Source of the DNA: Paecilomyces variotii
Taxonomy: Eukaryota
Length of the DNA stretch: 64,000 nucleotides
Direction: 5' to 3' (one strand)
Assembly (NCBI GenBank): GCA_004022145.1
Contig: RCNU01000001.1
Shown here: one piece after another, positions 11,200 to 25,148 of the stretch
Numbering within the stretch: the stretch's first letter is position 1
Layout of the letters: each line of letters begins with the position of its first letter
Made by a program: the position numbers and the translations under genes
The notes under the pieces: generated by a model
What the model was told of the DNA's origin: nothing
The model's database searches: none
Seen by the model: the letters and a program-made list of their open reading frames with translations, nothing else

Positions 11200-14100
11200 A
11201 AAAGCATTTATTAGATAATAAGGTAAACTCTTTAAGATTTTAGTATAGAGAATTTAGCTAGAAGTATTAGTAAAAGAGACCTAAGGCTTATAATTATAGC
11301 AATTCTATAGAACTTTATTTAGATTTTAAGCTTATTTAGATCAATATATTATATAGGCTAAAGGCCTATATAGCTAAGGCTAGAGTCTTTTTAATAATAA
11401 GAGATAATATAATTTGTATAGAGCTCGAGAATAAATATCTAAGAATATTATATATAGATATAAGGAAGTTTAAAATATCTTAGAAAGATATAGAATATAA
11501 TTAAGATATTAATACTAATTATATTAAGAATTTAAAGAATAAGTTCTGTATTAGTATATAGAGATTTAATATTAATATATAAATAAAAGTAATCTTAAGC
11601 GCTAAGGACTTTAACCTAGCATTACAGGCATATATAGTAGAATTACCAGAATTAATAGATATTAGTAATATCTGCAGTCTCTTAAGGCAGCGGTAAGATA
11701 AAGATAATAATTTTTTTATTTATTTAGAGAAGTGGCTGAAAAAGTTTATATTATTAATATTATAAGCCGGGTAATATTATTGTGCGGTTTTTTTAGAGCT
11801 ATTAATTAAGCAGAAAGAAGTAGCTGCTGCTAAAGCTATTAATTATAAAGAAAAGATAATTAAGAGATTATAGGCTGATATATATCCCTATTTTAATTTA
11901 AGTTAGAATTTAACTAATTGATCTATAGGTATATCTTTAGGCTATTAACCTCTATAATAAGGCGATGTTATTAGAAGTTCTTATAGTATTATAATCTAAT
12001 TATAAAAATATTGCTTGCATTAATACTAATAGAGAGTATATACTTTTATTTATTAAAAAGTGGGAGAAGAAATTTGTAGATTAATATAAGAAACTACTAA
12101 AGAATTATAAAGAGTTTAAAAATTAGGTGTATTTTATTATTAGTATATTATTTAATTATATAACTTATATTATAGCCCCTCTATATAATAATATTTAGTT
12201 ATAATATTTATAGGAATATTTATAAATAGCTTATAGTTACTTTTATTAGAATTATATATTAGGAGAGATAATTATAAATATAAAGCTAGATTAGGTATAT
12301 TTAAGGATCTAATTTTAATTTTAATTTTTTAACTTAAGTTAGATCTAGATTATAGAGTTTAAGAAGTTTTTTAGCTTTACTAAGATAATCTTTATAGATA
12401 AGTAAAGCGGAATAATATTAGCAGAGAATTAGAGACTAATTATTAAGTATTATTATAGTATAAATAATTATATCTTATATATATTATTTTTTCCTTCGCG
12501 GGTAGATTATAAAAATAATAAATTTAAGCTATTTTTAGATTATAAGTGATTTGATAAATAGTTATTATCTTGCTTAAAGATTCTTATACCATTTCTTAAG
12601 AACCCTATTTAATAACTGTCTTTTCTTATGGCCCTGCTAGATAAAGCATATATATAAATATAAAAGAATGTTTTAGAAAATAGGGAACTTAAGTTCCCTT
12701 TATAGTAAGTTTTAATTTAAGTTAGATATAAAAATTAATTATAAACTAATTATTATAGGAACTTATAGATTAATCTTAATAATAAAGTTAATCTCCTATT
12801 AAAATCTATATTAAAATATATTATATTCTAATATAATTTAAAGGAGTAGTATCCTGCTGCGGCCTTTAAATATTTCTAAGAATTTTAGTAGATAAATAAA
12901 CTTTAATATTCCCTTTTTTATAAGTTTAATAATATATATATTACTAAGGATTTTATAGAAAAACTTGCTAATAAGCTTTATAAAAACTTTCTATAGATCT
13001 AGGCAGATTTAAAATATTATATAATAATCTTACTTAACTATAATTAAAATTAATATTAATATCTTTTAGCTGTTAGAATTATATAGCGATTTCTATTTCT
13101 AAGATATTAAAGAATAAAATAGTTATAACTAGTAATATATATATCTTTCCTATTTTAAGTAGTGTTATTAGGCTTATATCCTCTATATAATTTTTAAAGC
13201 AGTCCTATTTAACTTTAAGAGTATTATAAGTTAATTTAATAATAAGAGTAAGATTATAAGTTTAGACTATTTTAACTTAAGTTAAAATTAATATAATATA
13301 GGGTAAATAACTTTCTATCTTTATTGCCTTTAGTAATATTATGTAGTAAGCCTAATTTTAATATAATAATATAATAAAGAACCTGAGAATCTTAAAAATT
13401 AACTAGTATAAAAATAATTTAAAGACCTAATCTAATATTGCTGGGGCTTTATAGATATACTAATTTATTAAGAAAAGCATAGTTTATATTATAAAGCTTA
13501 GCTTTTTTAAGACTAATAATTATAAGAAGAATTCTGAGGATTTTATTAAGACTAAGGTATATATACTACTAATCTAATTTAAGTTAGAAATTAACTTAAT
13601 TTAGAAGGAATAGTATTAATATTTATAGATATTAAGAGAGGTTGCTAATCTTTTAATTAAGTGGGACTGGGCTCTAGATATAAATAATATAAATAAATAT
13701 CTGCGGTATTTTATATTGGACTATAATTTTAAAATTAAGAATAAATATATTATTTAGAAAAAGTTGTATATACCTTTTTTAATCTTATTAAACTAATTGC
13801 TAATAAATAAATGCCTTTATAATAATAATAAAGAATAATATAAGCTGGAGAATTAGAAACAGCTCTGAGCTATTATTTTTAATATTTTAAGGAAGAAATA
13901 GAAAGTATTAAAGGATTTTATAGGTAAACAAATTGGTATATCTATTTTAACTAAAGTTAGAATAAGATTTAATTAAAATTTTAGATTAAGATGCAGAGAT
14001 TAATAGGGTAAATAATATATTTTAAAGGAATAGTATAGATAATAATAATAAAGGTAAGTTATTTTTCTTATTAATTATATTATTAAACAGTTATAATAAT
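11200..14100 (+). pseudogene. RIP-degraded multi-exon cargo gene with ParB/sulfiredoxin-like (DUF3723-like) N-terminal signature; boundaries approximate
   Basis: One frame 11463-11879 has only TAA/TAG stops and de-RIPs to W...NRDID..H...L...F..G.QR.D...RMKV...LQAGQHR (11763-11780). After intron 11880-11928 it reads YLWAIDLYD. Further introns 12295-12348, 12705-12758, 13248-13301, 13557-13604, 13936-13984. Confidence 0.55.
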
Positions 14101-14699
14101 ATTATTATTATAAATATAGAAATAGGGCTAAGTTTTTAATTTAAATTTAGGTTTTTTAATTTGGCTTTGGGTAAGCTATTTTAATAATGTTTACTTAGTA
14201 TATAAGAAACTAACTTAAGTTAGAAGTAAAATAATTAGGTTTTTTTTAAACTAATAATATAATCTCTACTTCTAAGTTAAATTATCTAAGAATAGTTTTT
14301 CTTTAATAATAAGAACTTATATTATTTAGAAGCTTTATCTCTAACTTAAGTTAGAGTAAATTCTATTAATAGGACGGAAATTAGTTTTTAAGGATTTAAT
14401 TTAAGTTAGTATAGCTATTGCTTCTTATTTCTATTTTAAGATAATAATTAGAGATAGAAAAATAGGACTGTAAAGATAAGGACTATAAAATAGAAGAAAA
14501 AAATAATATATCTTAATAATCTAGGCTGGCTTTATAATAACCTAAGATATAAATATATCTAAATAAGAATCTAATTTAAGTTAGAATATTATAGATATTA
14601 TATTGCTGTTAATATTATTATTTTTAAATTTCTCCTCCTTCTTGCTTTATTTTAATAGGGATATATTAAGATTACTAGGTCCTTTATTATAATTTTAGA

Positions 14700-17300
14700 A
14701 TTATATTATTTATACTCCTGCAGAGACTTATAAGACTTCTTTATTTTTAAATATTAATATTTAGGATATAAATTTTAATTATAATCTTATTAAATAATAT
14801 AAGCCCTAATCTAAAGCTAATATTCTTAACTTAACCGAACTTAAGATAGTAAAATATAGTTAAGGAAAGGCTATTATTTATTTAGCTCTTTTAGAATAGG
14901 TTTAGATTTTTAAATCTTAATAAAGTAAAATAGAGTTTATAAAATAATAGTCTAAGTTTTAATAGGTAAAAATAAAGACTTAATTATATATATAGCAATA
15001 TTATTAAGAAGTTATAAATAATATTTTTAGCGTTTCTTATATATAATATTTATATTACTCTATATTTCTTTAATATCCTTATAAAAGAGGAAATAATATT
15101 AGCTCAATAGCTGCCTATATAAAAAGGGCTATATACTAATCTAGAAATAAGACTCAGAAAAATAGCAATATTTAAAATATATTAATTATAAAGGTAAGAA
15201 CTAGGTAATTAATATAGACTTTATTATTAATATTTTTTTTAGAAAACTTTTAATCTAATATATATACTAGATATATTATATGATTAGATCCTGTATTTTA
15301 TTATAGGATATTGCTAATTATTTTAAATAGTTAAATATATTTAATTCTATTGTATGTTATATACAGTTATTAGTAATTTATATCTAGAATTACCTAACTA
15401 ATATTAGATTTAAGTATGCCTTTTTAAATTTAAGGAGATTAATTATATTAAAATGCTATTATATTTATTAGAATAAAGAAAGATTTCTCTAGTATTAGAT
15501 TATTAGATTAATTAAAGTTAATATTCTTTTCTTGCTATAACTGGGTATTTTATTAATATAAAATAGATATATAGGGAAGTATTTTTAGCCTTTAATCCTG
15601 TCTATAAATTATATATTAGAAAAAATTTAGCTAAAATACTGCTAAAGAATCTTTGTTAATATAATTTATAATATTAAATCCTTGCTATTATTATAGATAA
15701 TATAAGTAATAATATTACCCTAATAGCGGAGCTAGATAAAAGCTTAAGGGGTAAGCTTAAAATAGATTTATTATTAGAAGATTTCTAAGATATAATATTA
15801 AGTTAACTTATTTTAAATTGTTATTATATTCTATATTTAGTATATGTTTTATAACTTATAGTTAATGCTTTATTAAGTAAACTCTATATTAATGCTCCTA
15901 TTAATAATAGTATTAATTAAGATATAAAAAAGAATAAAGGCCTATTATATTCTTAGGGTATCTTAATATTATTAGAAAAGGTATTCTTTATCTAACTTAA
16001 GTTAGATTAATATTAACAGATTTTTATATAGGTTCGCAAGATTATTAGATTTATTAATATGAGCTCTTAGTATTAGGAATATTTCTTAATATTATAATAA
16101 TTAAATATTAGTTAGCTAAAATTATTACTTTTTAATTGCCGGATATAATAGAATTTAATATATCTTATACTTATATATGCCCTTAAACTATATGTAATAA
16201 TTGGATAATTTATTATATTATAGGCTAATAAAGATATTTATTTTCTGATATTATCCCCTACTAAATAGTATTAGGTTAAATATCTTATTAAATTAATCTG
16301 GCTATTCTATAATCTTACTTTTACTATATTAAAGATAAATAGTTTATTAGTTTATAGGGTTTTTAAAATCTATAATGCTATCTTTAATTATCTTAATAAT
16401 TATATAGAGTATTTAAAATTAAAAAGAGCTATATAGAAGATCTAACTTTAAGATATTTTATTTAAAGCTTATAATAAGTTATAAATTTATTATGCTAAAA
16501 TATATAAATCTTAAGGATTTATATATATAATTATAATAATCCTTTATCTTAGCATAAAATTTAAATATTTTAAAACTTAAGTCTGGTAAGATATAATAAA
16601 AAACTAGTATAATATTTATAAAAAGATTTTTTATAAGATATTTTAATACTATAGTAATTAAAATCTAAATATTAAGGTATAATTAGGAATTTATTTGTTA
16701 GTCTTAATCTTAGATTATACGCTTATATAATCTAAATATTATTATCTCCCTTTAAGTACTACTAATATTTATTGAGAAATTTAGATTTATCTTATTGAAG
16801 ATAATGTTCTATCTAATATTATATCTAAATTATATAGTATTATTCTAACTTAAGTTAGATTAGGTTTATTAGAATTAGATAATATCTTTAACTATTGGAG
16901 AATTAATAAATACTAATTCTTAATTCTTATAATAATGGCCTGAGATTTTTTTATAATCTTATTAAATAGTATTAGTATAGAATAATTATTTAATAGTATT
17001 TAAGATATTTGTTATTACTAATATAGCCGACTACTTTCTGATATAATCTATGCTTTAATGCTTCTTATATATATTAAAAATTTTACTATTTAGTAGGAAT
17101 TTAAGGCAATAATTAATAATATAAATATAATATCTAATAATCGATAATCTGAAAGAGAGGAGATTAAATTGCTAAATCTAATTAATAATAATAAGGATAT
17201 AGATAATATATTAGAAGGAGAGATAGATATAAATAATAAAGATTATTAGATAGAGCAGTTTAGGGGTTAAGGTTTTTTAAGTATTTAAATAGATTAACTT
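14700..17300 (+). pseudogene. hAT DDE transposase relic; boundaries approximate
   Basis: De-RIPped motifs: ISLxLDxW..SFLAITGYFI (15481-15560), TDNASNN (~15690), IPCLAHVLQL (~15830), EK|VRKI across intron 15981-16031, RWNSTY (~16146), MARDF....VERLFN..RDICHYRRSRL (~16933-17035, hAT C-terminal dimerisation domain). Confidence 0.85.
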
Positions 17301-17619
17301 ATTATTGAGTTTACTTATAATAAAGGAGAATAATTAAATAAATTGCCTGTATCTAGAGTTTTTATATATTTTTGGAGGAATGCAGTAATTATAAATAGAC
17401 CTAAGTCTTCTAGTTATTGCTTGTATTGGATTAACTATATTAAAGGCTAATATAAATGTTAAGAATTTAACTTAAGTTAGACTCTAATATTGTATTCTAA
17501 TATTATTCTACTAATTTTTAGTTAATATTTAGTGATAGATATTATAAAGAAATAAAAATCTAAATAGTTCTTAAAGATTAATAAGATTTATATAAAAATT
17601 CAGATTAATCTAAAGTAAC

Positions 17620-17805
17620 TAAAAAAAACCAAAAAAACCGAATTAAACCAAAAAACCTAAAAAAACCAAACCTAAAAAAACCATATAGTGCATCATAAAC
17701 TATTGGTTCGGTTTACAAAGTCTATAAACCGTTCCGGTTTATAAAATTATAAACCGAACTAAACCATAGGCGGTTCGGTTCGGTTTAGTTCGGTTTTTTT
17801 GGTTT
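17620..17805. repeat. hAT right subterminal repeats (AAACC/AACCG and CGGTTCGGTTCGGTT)
   Basis: Read directly; mirror of the left-end motifs. Confidence 0.75.
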
Positions 17806-20800
17806 TCTATAACTACTCTACTATATTTTAAAGGGGATAATATTACTTATTACCTAAGGCTTTTTAAGAGGCTATATAAGGTAAATTAGCTTTTAAAAAA
17901 GGAGAAAACTAAATAGTTTATAGACTATTATAGCCTGTTAGTAATATTATAAATAAATATATAATCTAAATATAAAGAGAAGAACTACCTAAAACTAGCA
18001 AAAGCAACTAAATAAAAATATACCTATTATTATAGGAAAGGGTATTAAGACTTAGCAGTAAGTCTTAGAGCATAAGAATATAGAGAAAGGGAAGGATAGC
18101 TTAGGTTTTTAGGCCTTAAAATAAAGTTAAAAGAGAAGCTTAAAGAATAAGATAGTATAGTAAAAAAAAGGCTGCTTTAATACTAAACTAATATTAAAAT
18201 ATAATTAAAAGAGAATTGCTTATTCTATTCTATATTAATTAACTAATTAATGCCCTTCTTTCTCTTATATCTTATTAGAAATATTTAAGCTACCTCTTCT
18301 AATAATAGTATATAACTTGCTAACCTAATTATATTTTTAAAACCTTCTTACTATTTCCCTCTATTATATAGCCTCTTTTTTTTTATATATAAATACCCCT
18401 GTCTATCTTCTTTAGTTATTATAATTTATACTATCTCCTCCTTTTAATATTATAAATTATTCCTAAAGTAGGAATACTCTAGTTTTTAATATTATATATA
18501 TTTTAAAATCTCTAACTTATAAAGCTAAGTTCTTTTCTTCTGCAAATAATTTTAAATTAATAATATATCTTATTTTAGTATAAAATATAGCTTTACTTTA
18601 ATTTTTAAGTAATCTTAATTTAGCTAATTAAGTATTACTCTGCCTATAGCTATAACTCTATTTACCTAAATATTAAAAGGCCTAGATTCTTCTTAATTAA
18701 ATTTTATCTTATTTTATTCCCTATAATTAAAATAATAAATATTATTAAGATTTATTCTTTAATTCTCTAGTATTAGCTAATATAAATCGCTGATAAAAGT
18801 TATTTCTTCTTATTTAAGTATAATATCTTTTAAGCCTATAGTTTTCTTAAACTTATCTTTAGCAATTAGTCTAGTCTCTAAGATTATAAAGCCCTAGCCT
18901 ATTTTTCCTTTAGGGATTATAGTCTTTATATTTAATGCTTTTAGCTTATATTTTTTAAGATATTAGACCTATAACTTATATTTACTGTAACTATATAATA
19001 CTAATTAAATTAAATAGATTTAGATATCTTATGCAATAACTTTCTAAAGAATATTTTAAGATAAATTTTTAAGCCCTATTAATTTTTTACCCTTTTTTTT
19101 ATAATAAAGGGCTGTTTTTACTTTTATAATAATATATTATAATATCTCTTTTATTAGTTTCTTTTTAAAAGATATAATTTAAAAAACCTTATTTACTTCT
19201 TAATAGTTAAAGTCCTCCCTTATTATAATACTTTACTAGATATATTAGTTTTATATCTTATTTAGAGTAAAGTCTTCTTTACTTAAGTTAAAATATTTTC
19301 TGTCCTTATATTTAGATTTAAAATATTCTTTAGCCTTATATAAATTATCTTAAGCTTTATAATATAAGCTGCTAGGTATATTATTAGAAATATTTATATT
19401 AATTAATTTAAGATCTCTAAATAATTAAACTATCCCTAATACTAGAGATTTTTTAGGGAGAAGGTCTTTAGATAAGGTTTCTTTAATTTCTATATTATTT
19501 TTATCTTTTATATTTTTAGGACTTCTTAAAATAAAACTTTTTATTTTTTTTTTAACTTAGCTGTTGCTAAGTATATTTAATATTTACTTAGCCTTTAAAT
19601 TATCTTTAAATTATATAGTTCTAGTATTTCTTATATTTTTTAAGTGCCCGGTTTCTTTCTTAATAAAGAGGTCTTTTAAGTTTATTATAGAAAAAGAGGA
19701 CTTTTTTAATTTTATATTATTAGTAAATTCTTTAATTTTTATAAGTTTAGGTAAAGTACTATTAGGCCTTTTTTTACCTTTTAATTTATTAATCTAAATT
19801 ACTAAAGGCGCTTATCTAAATTTAATATTATTTAAAGAGTTCTGCAGCCGCTCTTCTAATAATATCTTTAATAAATAATATATATTTTTAAAAAAGGCCT
19901 TTATTTACTGCTTTATAGCTATTAATATTATTTTAATTATTGCTTTTAAAACTTCCCTAGTATTTTTAATTAATATTTCTTTTTTTATCCCTATTATACC
20001 CGCTAAAAAATATATATAGGGTTTATAAATTTTTTAAAGCTTTCTTAGTATTAATTAATATAATGCCTTCTTAATATCTTTTTCTATTATTAATTTACTA
20101 CTAATCTAGCTTTATTATAGTAAGTTATTTTTATTATTATAGTTATAGTTCTTAAAAGATATATTTAAATAAAAGCTATATTAAAACTACCTCTAATATT
20201 TATTATATATTAATAAATTATAGAGATTATTATTATTTTTAGTAAATATTTTTAATCTTCTCTTTAATAATTTTTCTTTTACTATATATATGCTTAATAT
20301 TACTTAAATCTTATTAATATACTTATAATAAAGTTTATTAATATTAGTTCTTTCTTATTAAAGGCTATTTATAACTTTTTTATTTTCTTAGCTAAGGAGC
20401 GCCCTTTTAAATAATTTTAATATCTTAGTCTTATAATTATAGCCTTCCTTTATCTATTTTCCTTTTTTTTATATTCTAATCTTTTTCTTATCTTTAAGTT
20501 TCTTAAGGCTCTTTATTCTTTTTTTACTCTTTTTTTTTTTTTATTTTATTATCTTCCTTATTACTAATAGTAAGGTTAATTAATAAGCTTTTTTTTAGGT
20601 CTTTAATTATTCTTTCTGCTTTATATTCTAGAATCTTTTTTAAAAAAAAGTCCTCTTTAATTTATATATTAATTAATTAAAGCTCTGTTTTTATTATTTT
20701 AAATAAAAATTATCTACTTCTATTAGTTATTCTTTTTAAAAGGTTTTTTACTCTTTTAATATTTATTAATAATAGGTTTTTTTCTGGCTATATATTAGGC

Positions 20801-23800
20801 TTTCTAATATTTAATAATCTATTTATTTAAGCTTATATTAAGTAAATAACTACCGCTCTTTATTCCTTAATTTATTTTATAATTTCTCTTAATGCTATTA
20901 AGGTTTAATAGGCTTTTTTAGCTTATATTATTAGCTAGCTAACTACTTATTCCCCCTATACCTCTACTACTATTATATATCCCTTATTTATATAATTCCT
21001 ATTTTTTCTTATTTTTTTTACTAATTCTTTAAATTCCCTAATAGCTTTCTTTTTTTTAGCTTAAGCTTCCTTTAAAAGCTTTTATTATTTTAGGAACTTA
21101 TAATAGTCTGCTATAGCCTTATCTTATTTAATTTAAAATTTTATAATAATAGTTACTACTTTAACTATAAATTTAACCTTTTTTAGTCTATTCTTTATTA
21201 CAGTAATTGCTCTCTTTATAAAATTATAGATTTCTCTTATAGTTATATAAGTATTTATATTAAACTTTAATAACTATTTTTATAAAACAATATTTTAAAT
21301 TTAAAATATATTTTCTTCTATTTTAGCTTAATAAGATTATATAATAGTTTTAGTCTAATAATATTTAATGCAGAAAGGGGGTATAAAATAATTAAACTTA
21401 AGTTTTTTAATAATATTTATAAATAAAGAAATAAGGTTCTTAATATAAAGTAAGATTTCTTTATTATTGTTTTATATTTTTTATCTAATATTTTTTTTTT
21501 AGTAATTAGAAGAGTCTGGCCTTATTCTTTTAATAATATATATATATTCTTCTATTTTATTTATTCTTAAGTCCTTCCCCTTCTCTAAAAAATTTAGGCG
21601 CCTTTATCTTTAGTTTATTTACTCTCTTTTATCTTAAGCTAAACTCTTATTTAATATTAAACTTGCTTTATTATTAGCTTTTTACTTTCTCTTCTTTTAA
21701 GCTAATATTTTTAAAAGGAGGGTGCTAAGACTATAATTATATATATTAATCTAAATAATATTTAGTCTATATTATCTTTATTTTTGCTTATTTACTAATT
21801 TTCTTATTTAAGTTCTATATTATTATTTATTGCTAATATATCTCTTTAATTATCTTATAAATAATAGCCTTTTAAGCAATTTTTATAAATTAGGTCCCTA
21901 AAAGCTATATTATCTAACTCCTTAAGCTTATAAGAACCTTTTTAAAGGACTTCTTTAATTTAATATAGCCCTAGCTAGTAATATGCTAGTTTAGCAGAAT
22001 AAAATATCTTAAGCTTTATATTATAAAGTAGAATTAGTTATTCTTTAATTAGTTATTCTTTATAAAGCTGCTTTTTATTATTAAAGACTTCCTTACTAGC
22101 TTCTTTTATATGCTAAATATAAAGCTAAGCCTTCTTTATATCTTAATCTTTAAGCTTTATTTACCTTGCGTAAAGGAGTAAAAGGTTTTTTATAGTCCTA
22201 ACTTTATTCTATGCTAATATCTTTTAAGTAAATACTTCTAGTTTAATTAATAGTACTATATTATATCCTATAATTACTCTAAATAGTATTAAACCTATAA
22301 AATTCTTAACTATATTTTTATTTACCTAAATTACTGCTAGTAGGTAGTTTATTTAATTTATTTCTATTCTTTTTATAAGTTTTTTAATATTATATATAAA
22401 GGATTTATATATAACTTTAACTGCTTTATTTACTTATAGGTTATATAATATAACCTTAATATAGTTAATCTTATACTTCTGCATTAATATATTAACTATA
22501 GTTTTATTCTCCGGCTCTTTATTATTAATAAGAGTTTTTATTACTTTTTAATAATAAATCTAGTTTTTTTATAAGAACTTAATAATAGCTCCTAAAATAG
22601 AGCTGCTAAATATTCTATATTTAACTTAGCTAAAGTTATCTTAAAGTATAATAATATAAGTCTTTCCCTTACTAGGCAGTATAATCTTATAAATATCTAA
22701 GTATAGTTTTAATCTCCTTAATAGAATAAATATTAATTATAAAGCTTTTTTTATATATTCTTTATTAGCTTTTTAATATTTATTATATATCTTTACCTAT
22801 TTAGTAATATATTTATATAGGCCTTTTTACTAATATTAATTAGCCACTTTCTTATATATTGCTTTATATTTTTAATATCTATATTCTTTATAAAGGGTAG
22901 TAAGAATCTCTTTTTACTTTCTTTTATTATTAATAACTATTTAATAAGGCTAATTTTACTATATTTTCTAGAAAAGGATATTATCTTATATTATATATTT
23001 TATAGCCTCCTTCTTAAACTTAGCATATTATCCCTAGTTTATATTATTTAGTTTTATTATAATTTATAACTATTCTGCGATTAATAAAGACTTTTCTAAT
23101 TAATATAATATAGGTATTAACTAAGGGATATTATTTAATTCTACCTCTTATATACTAGTATAATAGACTATATAAAACTATAAGTCTAAGAATTTCTCTA
23201 TATTATTATCTTCTGCCTCTTTTAGATTTTATTTTATTATTAATTTCTAAGATAATCTATCTATAACTAAATTCTTTTTTCCTAATATATAGATAATATT
23301 AAAGTTAAATAGCTAAATCTAAGTAATTTACTAAATAATTATTAACTTAGGGAGGTTTATAGCTATCCTATTTAATTGCATAATTAGAGTTTTTATATTT
23401 ATCTTTAGTTAAAAGTATATATTATATAAATATACTCTAAACTTATAAAGAGCCTTTAATATTATCCTATATTTTAGTTTTTTTTTATTATATTGTTTCT
23501 CCGCTTATATTTATATTTTATTTTTATATTTAGCTAGATATCTCTTATTAGATTTTTTTTCTTTTTAAGTAAGTTATACCCCCTATTTATTATTACTGGC
23601 ATCTATATTAATAATAATTATCCCTTTTTTTTTATAGTTAATTAACTTAAGTACTAGGGCTATTATTAAAGCTACTTTTAAAGTATTTATTAAGTCCTAT
23701 TAGTTTAGTCCCTAAAGGAAGTCTTATCTTTTCTTTAATATTAAATATATTAGTTTAGCCTTAGTAGTATATCTTTTAATCTATATCTAATAATAGGGTA

Positions 23801-25148
23801 TAATTCTTAGAAATTCTCTTACTTCTTGCAGGTTTTAATATAATAGCTATTTTAAGATCTTAATTATTTTTATAGATTTTAGGTATCTCTCTTCTGCGTT
23901 ATATATATATCTTACTATTTTAATCCCTAGAACTATAAATTATAATTTTTTTTAGCAATAATTAGACTAGTAAGTTTAAAACTATATAGTACCTTATTAA
24001 TATTTTAAATATATTTAAATATAAATCTCCTAATTCTAAGCAGTACTTCCTCTTCTTTATAATTAGTTTTAGGGCCTTATACTAGAGCATTATCTAAAAA
24101 TATATTATAAATATTAGGGATATTATTAGTAAGCGCCCTTATAACCTTATATATAAATTCTAATATTATATTAGTCTATCCTTACAGTAGTCTAGCTTAA
24201 TAAACTAAACTAATCTTAAGCATATAGAAAGCTATTAAATTGCATAACTCTTTTATTAATCTTAACTAATTATACTTAGAGAATAAATTTATTAATATAG
24301 ATACTACTATTTTATTAAACTCCTCTAAAAATTTATTAGTTAAGGGGAATAAGTTAATATCTTATATTATTACTTAGTTAACTTCTATTACTATATTAAT
24401 TAATTAATATTTGCTATTTTTCTTTTTTATAAGAAACTAAGGATTTTTATAGGGCCTTTAACTCTGTTTAAGAATTTTAACCTTTATTTTCTTCTTTACT
24501 ATTATTTATACTATACTATAAAATGCCTTTAATATTAGGAAGCTCTTAGCCTACTATAGCTTATACTATATAGTCTAGATAATAATTAGAGGTATAACTT
24601 CTAGGTATATTTATTTAATCTCTTTAAAAATCTATATAAGGGCTATTTTTTTTAGTAAAGAGCATCTCTATTAATAATTCTTTCTCTCTTAGCTATAAGT
24701 CCTCCCCTATAATAAAATCTTTTAAGCATTTTAGGATTAGCCTTATCTCTCTTATTATATTTAAGATCTTCAGCTAAATATAATTAATAAATTCTCTCTA
24801 TATCTCTTTTATACTCCCTTAAAGGTTTATATAATAATACTCTTAAATAATCTTCTTTTATTCTAATAATCCCCCTAGCGCTATTATAAGTCTATTTATT
24901 ATATTTATTAAATAAACCTTCTTATATTTCCTTTTATACTAAATATTAACTATATACTTTATTTTTATAATAAAAAAATTATATCTCTTAAATAGCCTAT
25001 ATTCTTATAAATCTCCTTTTTTTCTTATAATTTAATAGGTTTAAATATCTCTATACCTTTTTTTTAGTTCTCCTACTTAATCTGAAGTTAATATTATTTA
25101 TTAAGTATACTTCTTATAAATCTTCTTCTTTTTTAATTTAATACTTAT

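Larger units (their letters stand above)
8913..17820 (+). mobile_element. hAT-superfamily DNA transposon, 8.9 kb, RIP-inactivated
   Basis: 8-bp TSD CTATATTT at 8905-8912 and 17821-17828. Imperfect TIRs TAGACTGGTTATA / TATAACTACTCTA. Subterminal CGGTT/AACCG arrays. Transposase motifs in the 3' half. The host B sequence resumes exactly after the TSD. Confidence 0.9.
7998..18027 (+). mobile_element. Ty3/gypsy family B, copy B1: 5' LTR (7998-8338) plus start of internal region, split by the hAT (8913-17820) and interrupted at 18027 by B2
   Basis: LTR matches 25149-25497. 8339-8912 plus 17829-18027 is collinear with 25498-~26269. Confidence 0.9.

Noticed and set aside
9076-17481. Palindromic repeats as a CRISPR array
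   Set aside because: Irregular spacing of tens to >1000 bp, short motif, eukaryotic context, no cas genes.
8913-17820. Starship element
   Set aside because: No tyrosine-recombinase captain recognised; ends, 8-bp TSD and DDE motifs are hAT-type.
19564-19797. 77-aa ORF on + (and its homologue at 58957-59190)
   Set aside because: Same locus in B2 and B4, antisense to the element, TTG start, F/L/I-rich composition expected from AT-rich RIP'd DNA.
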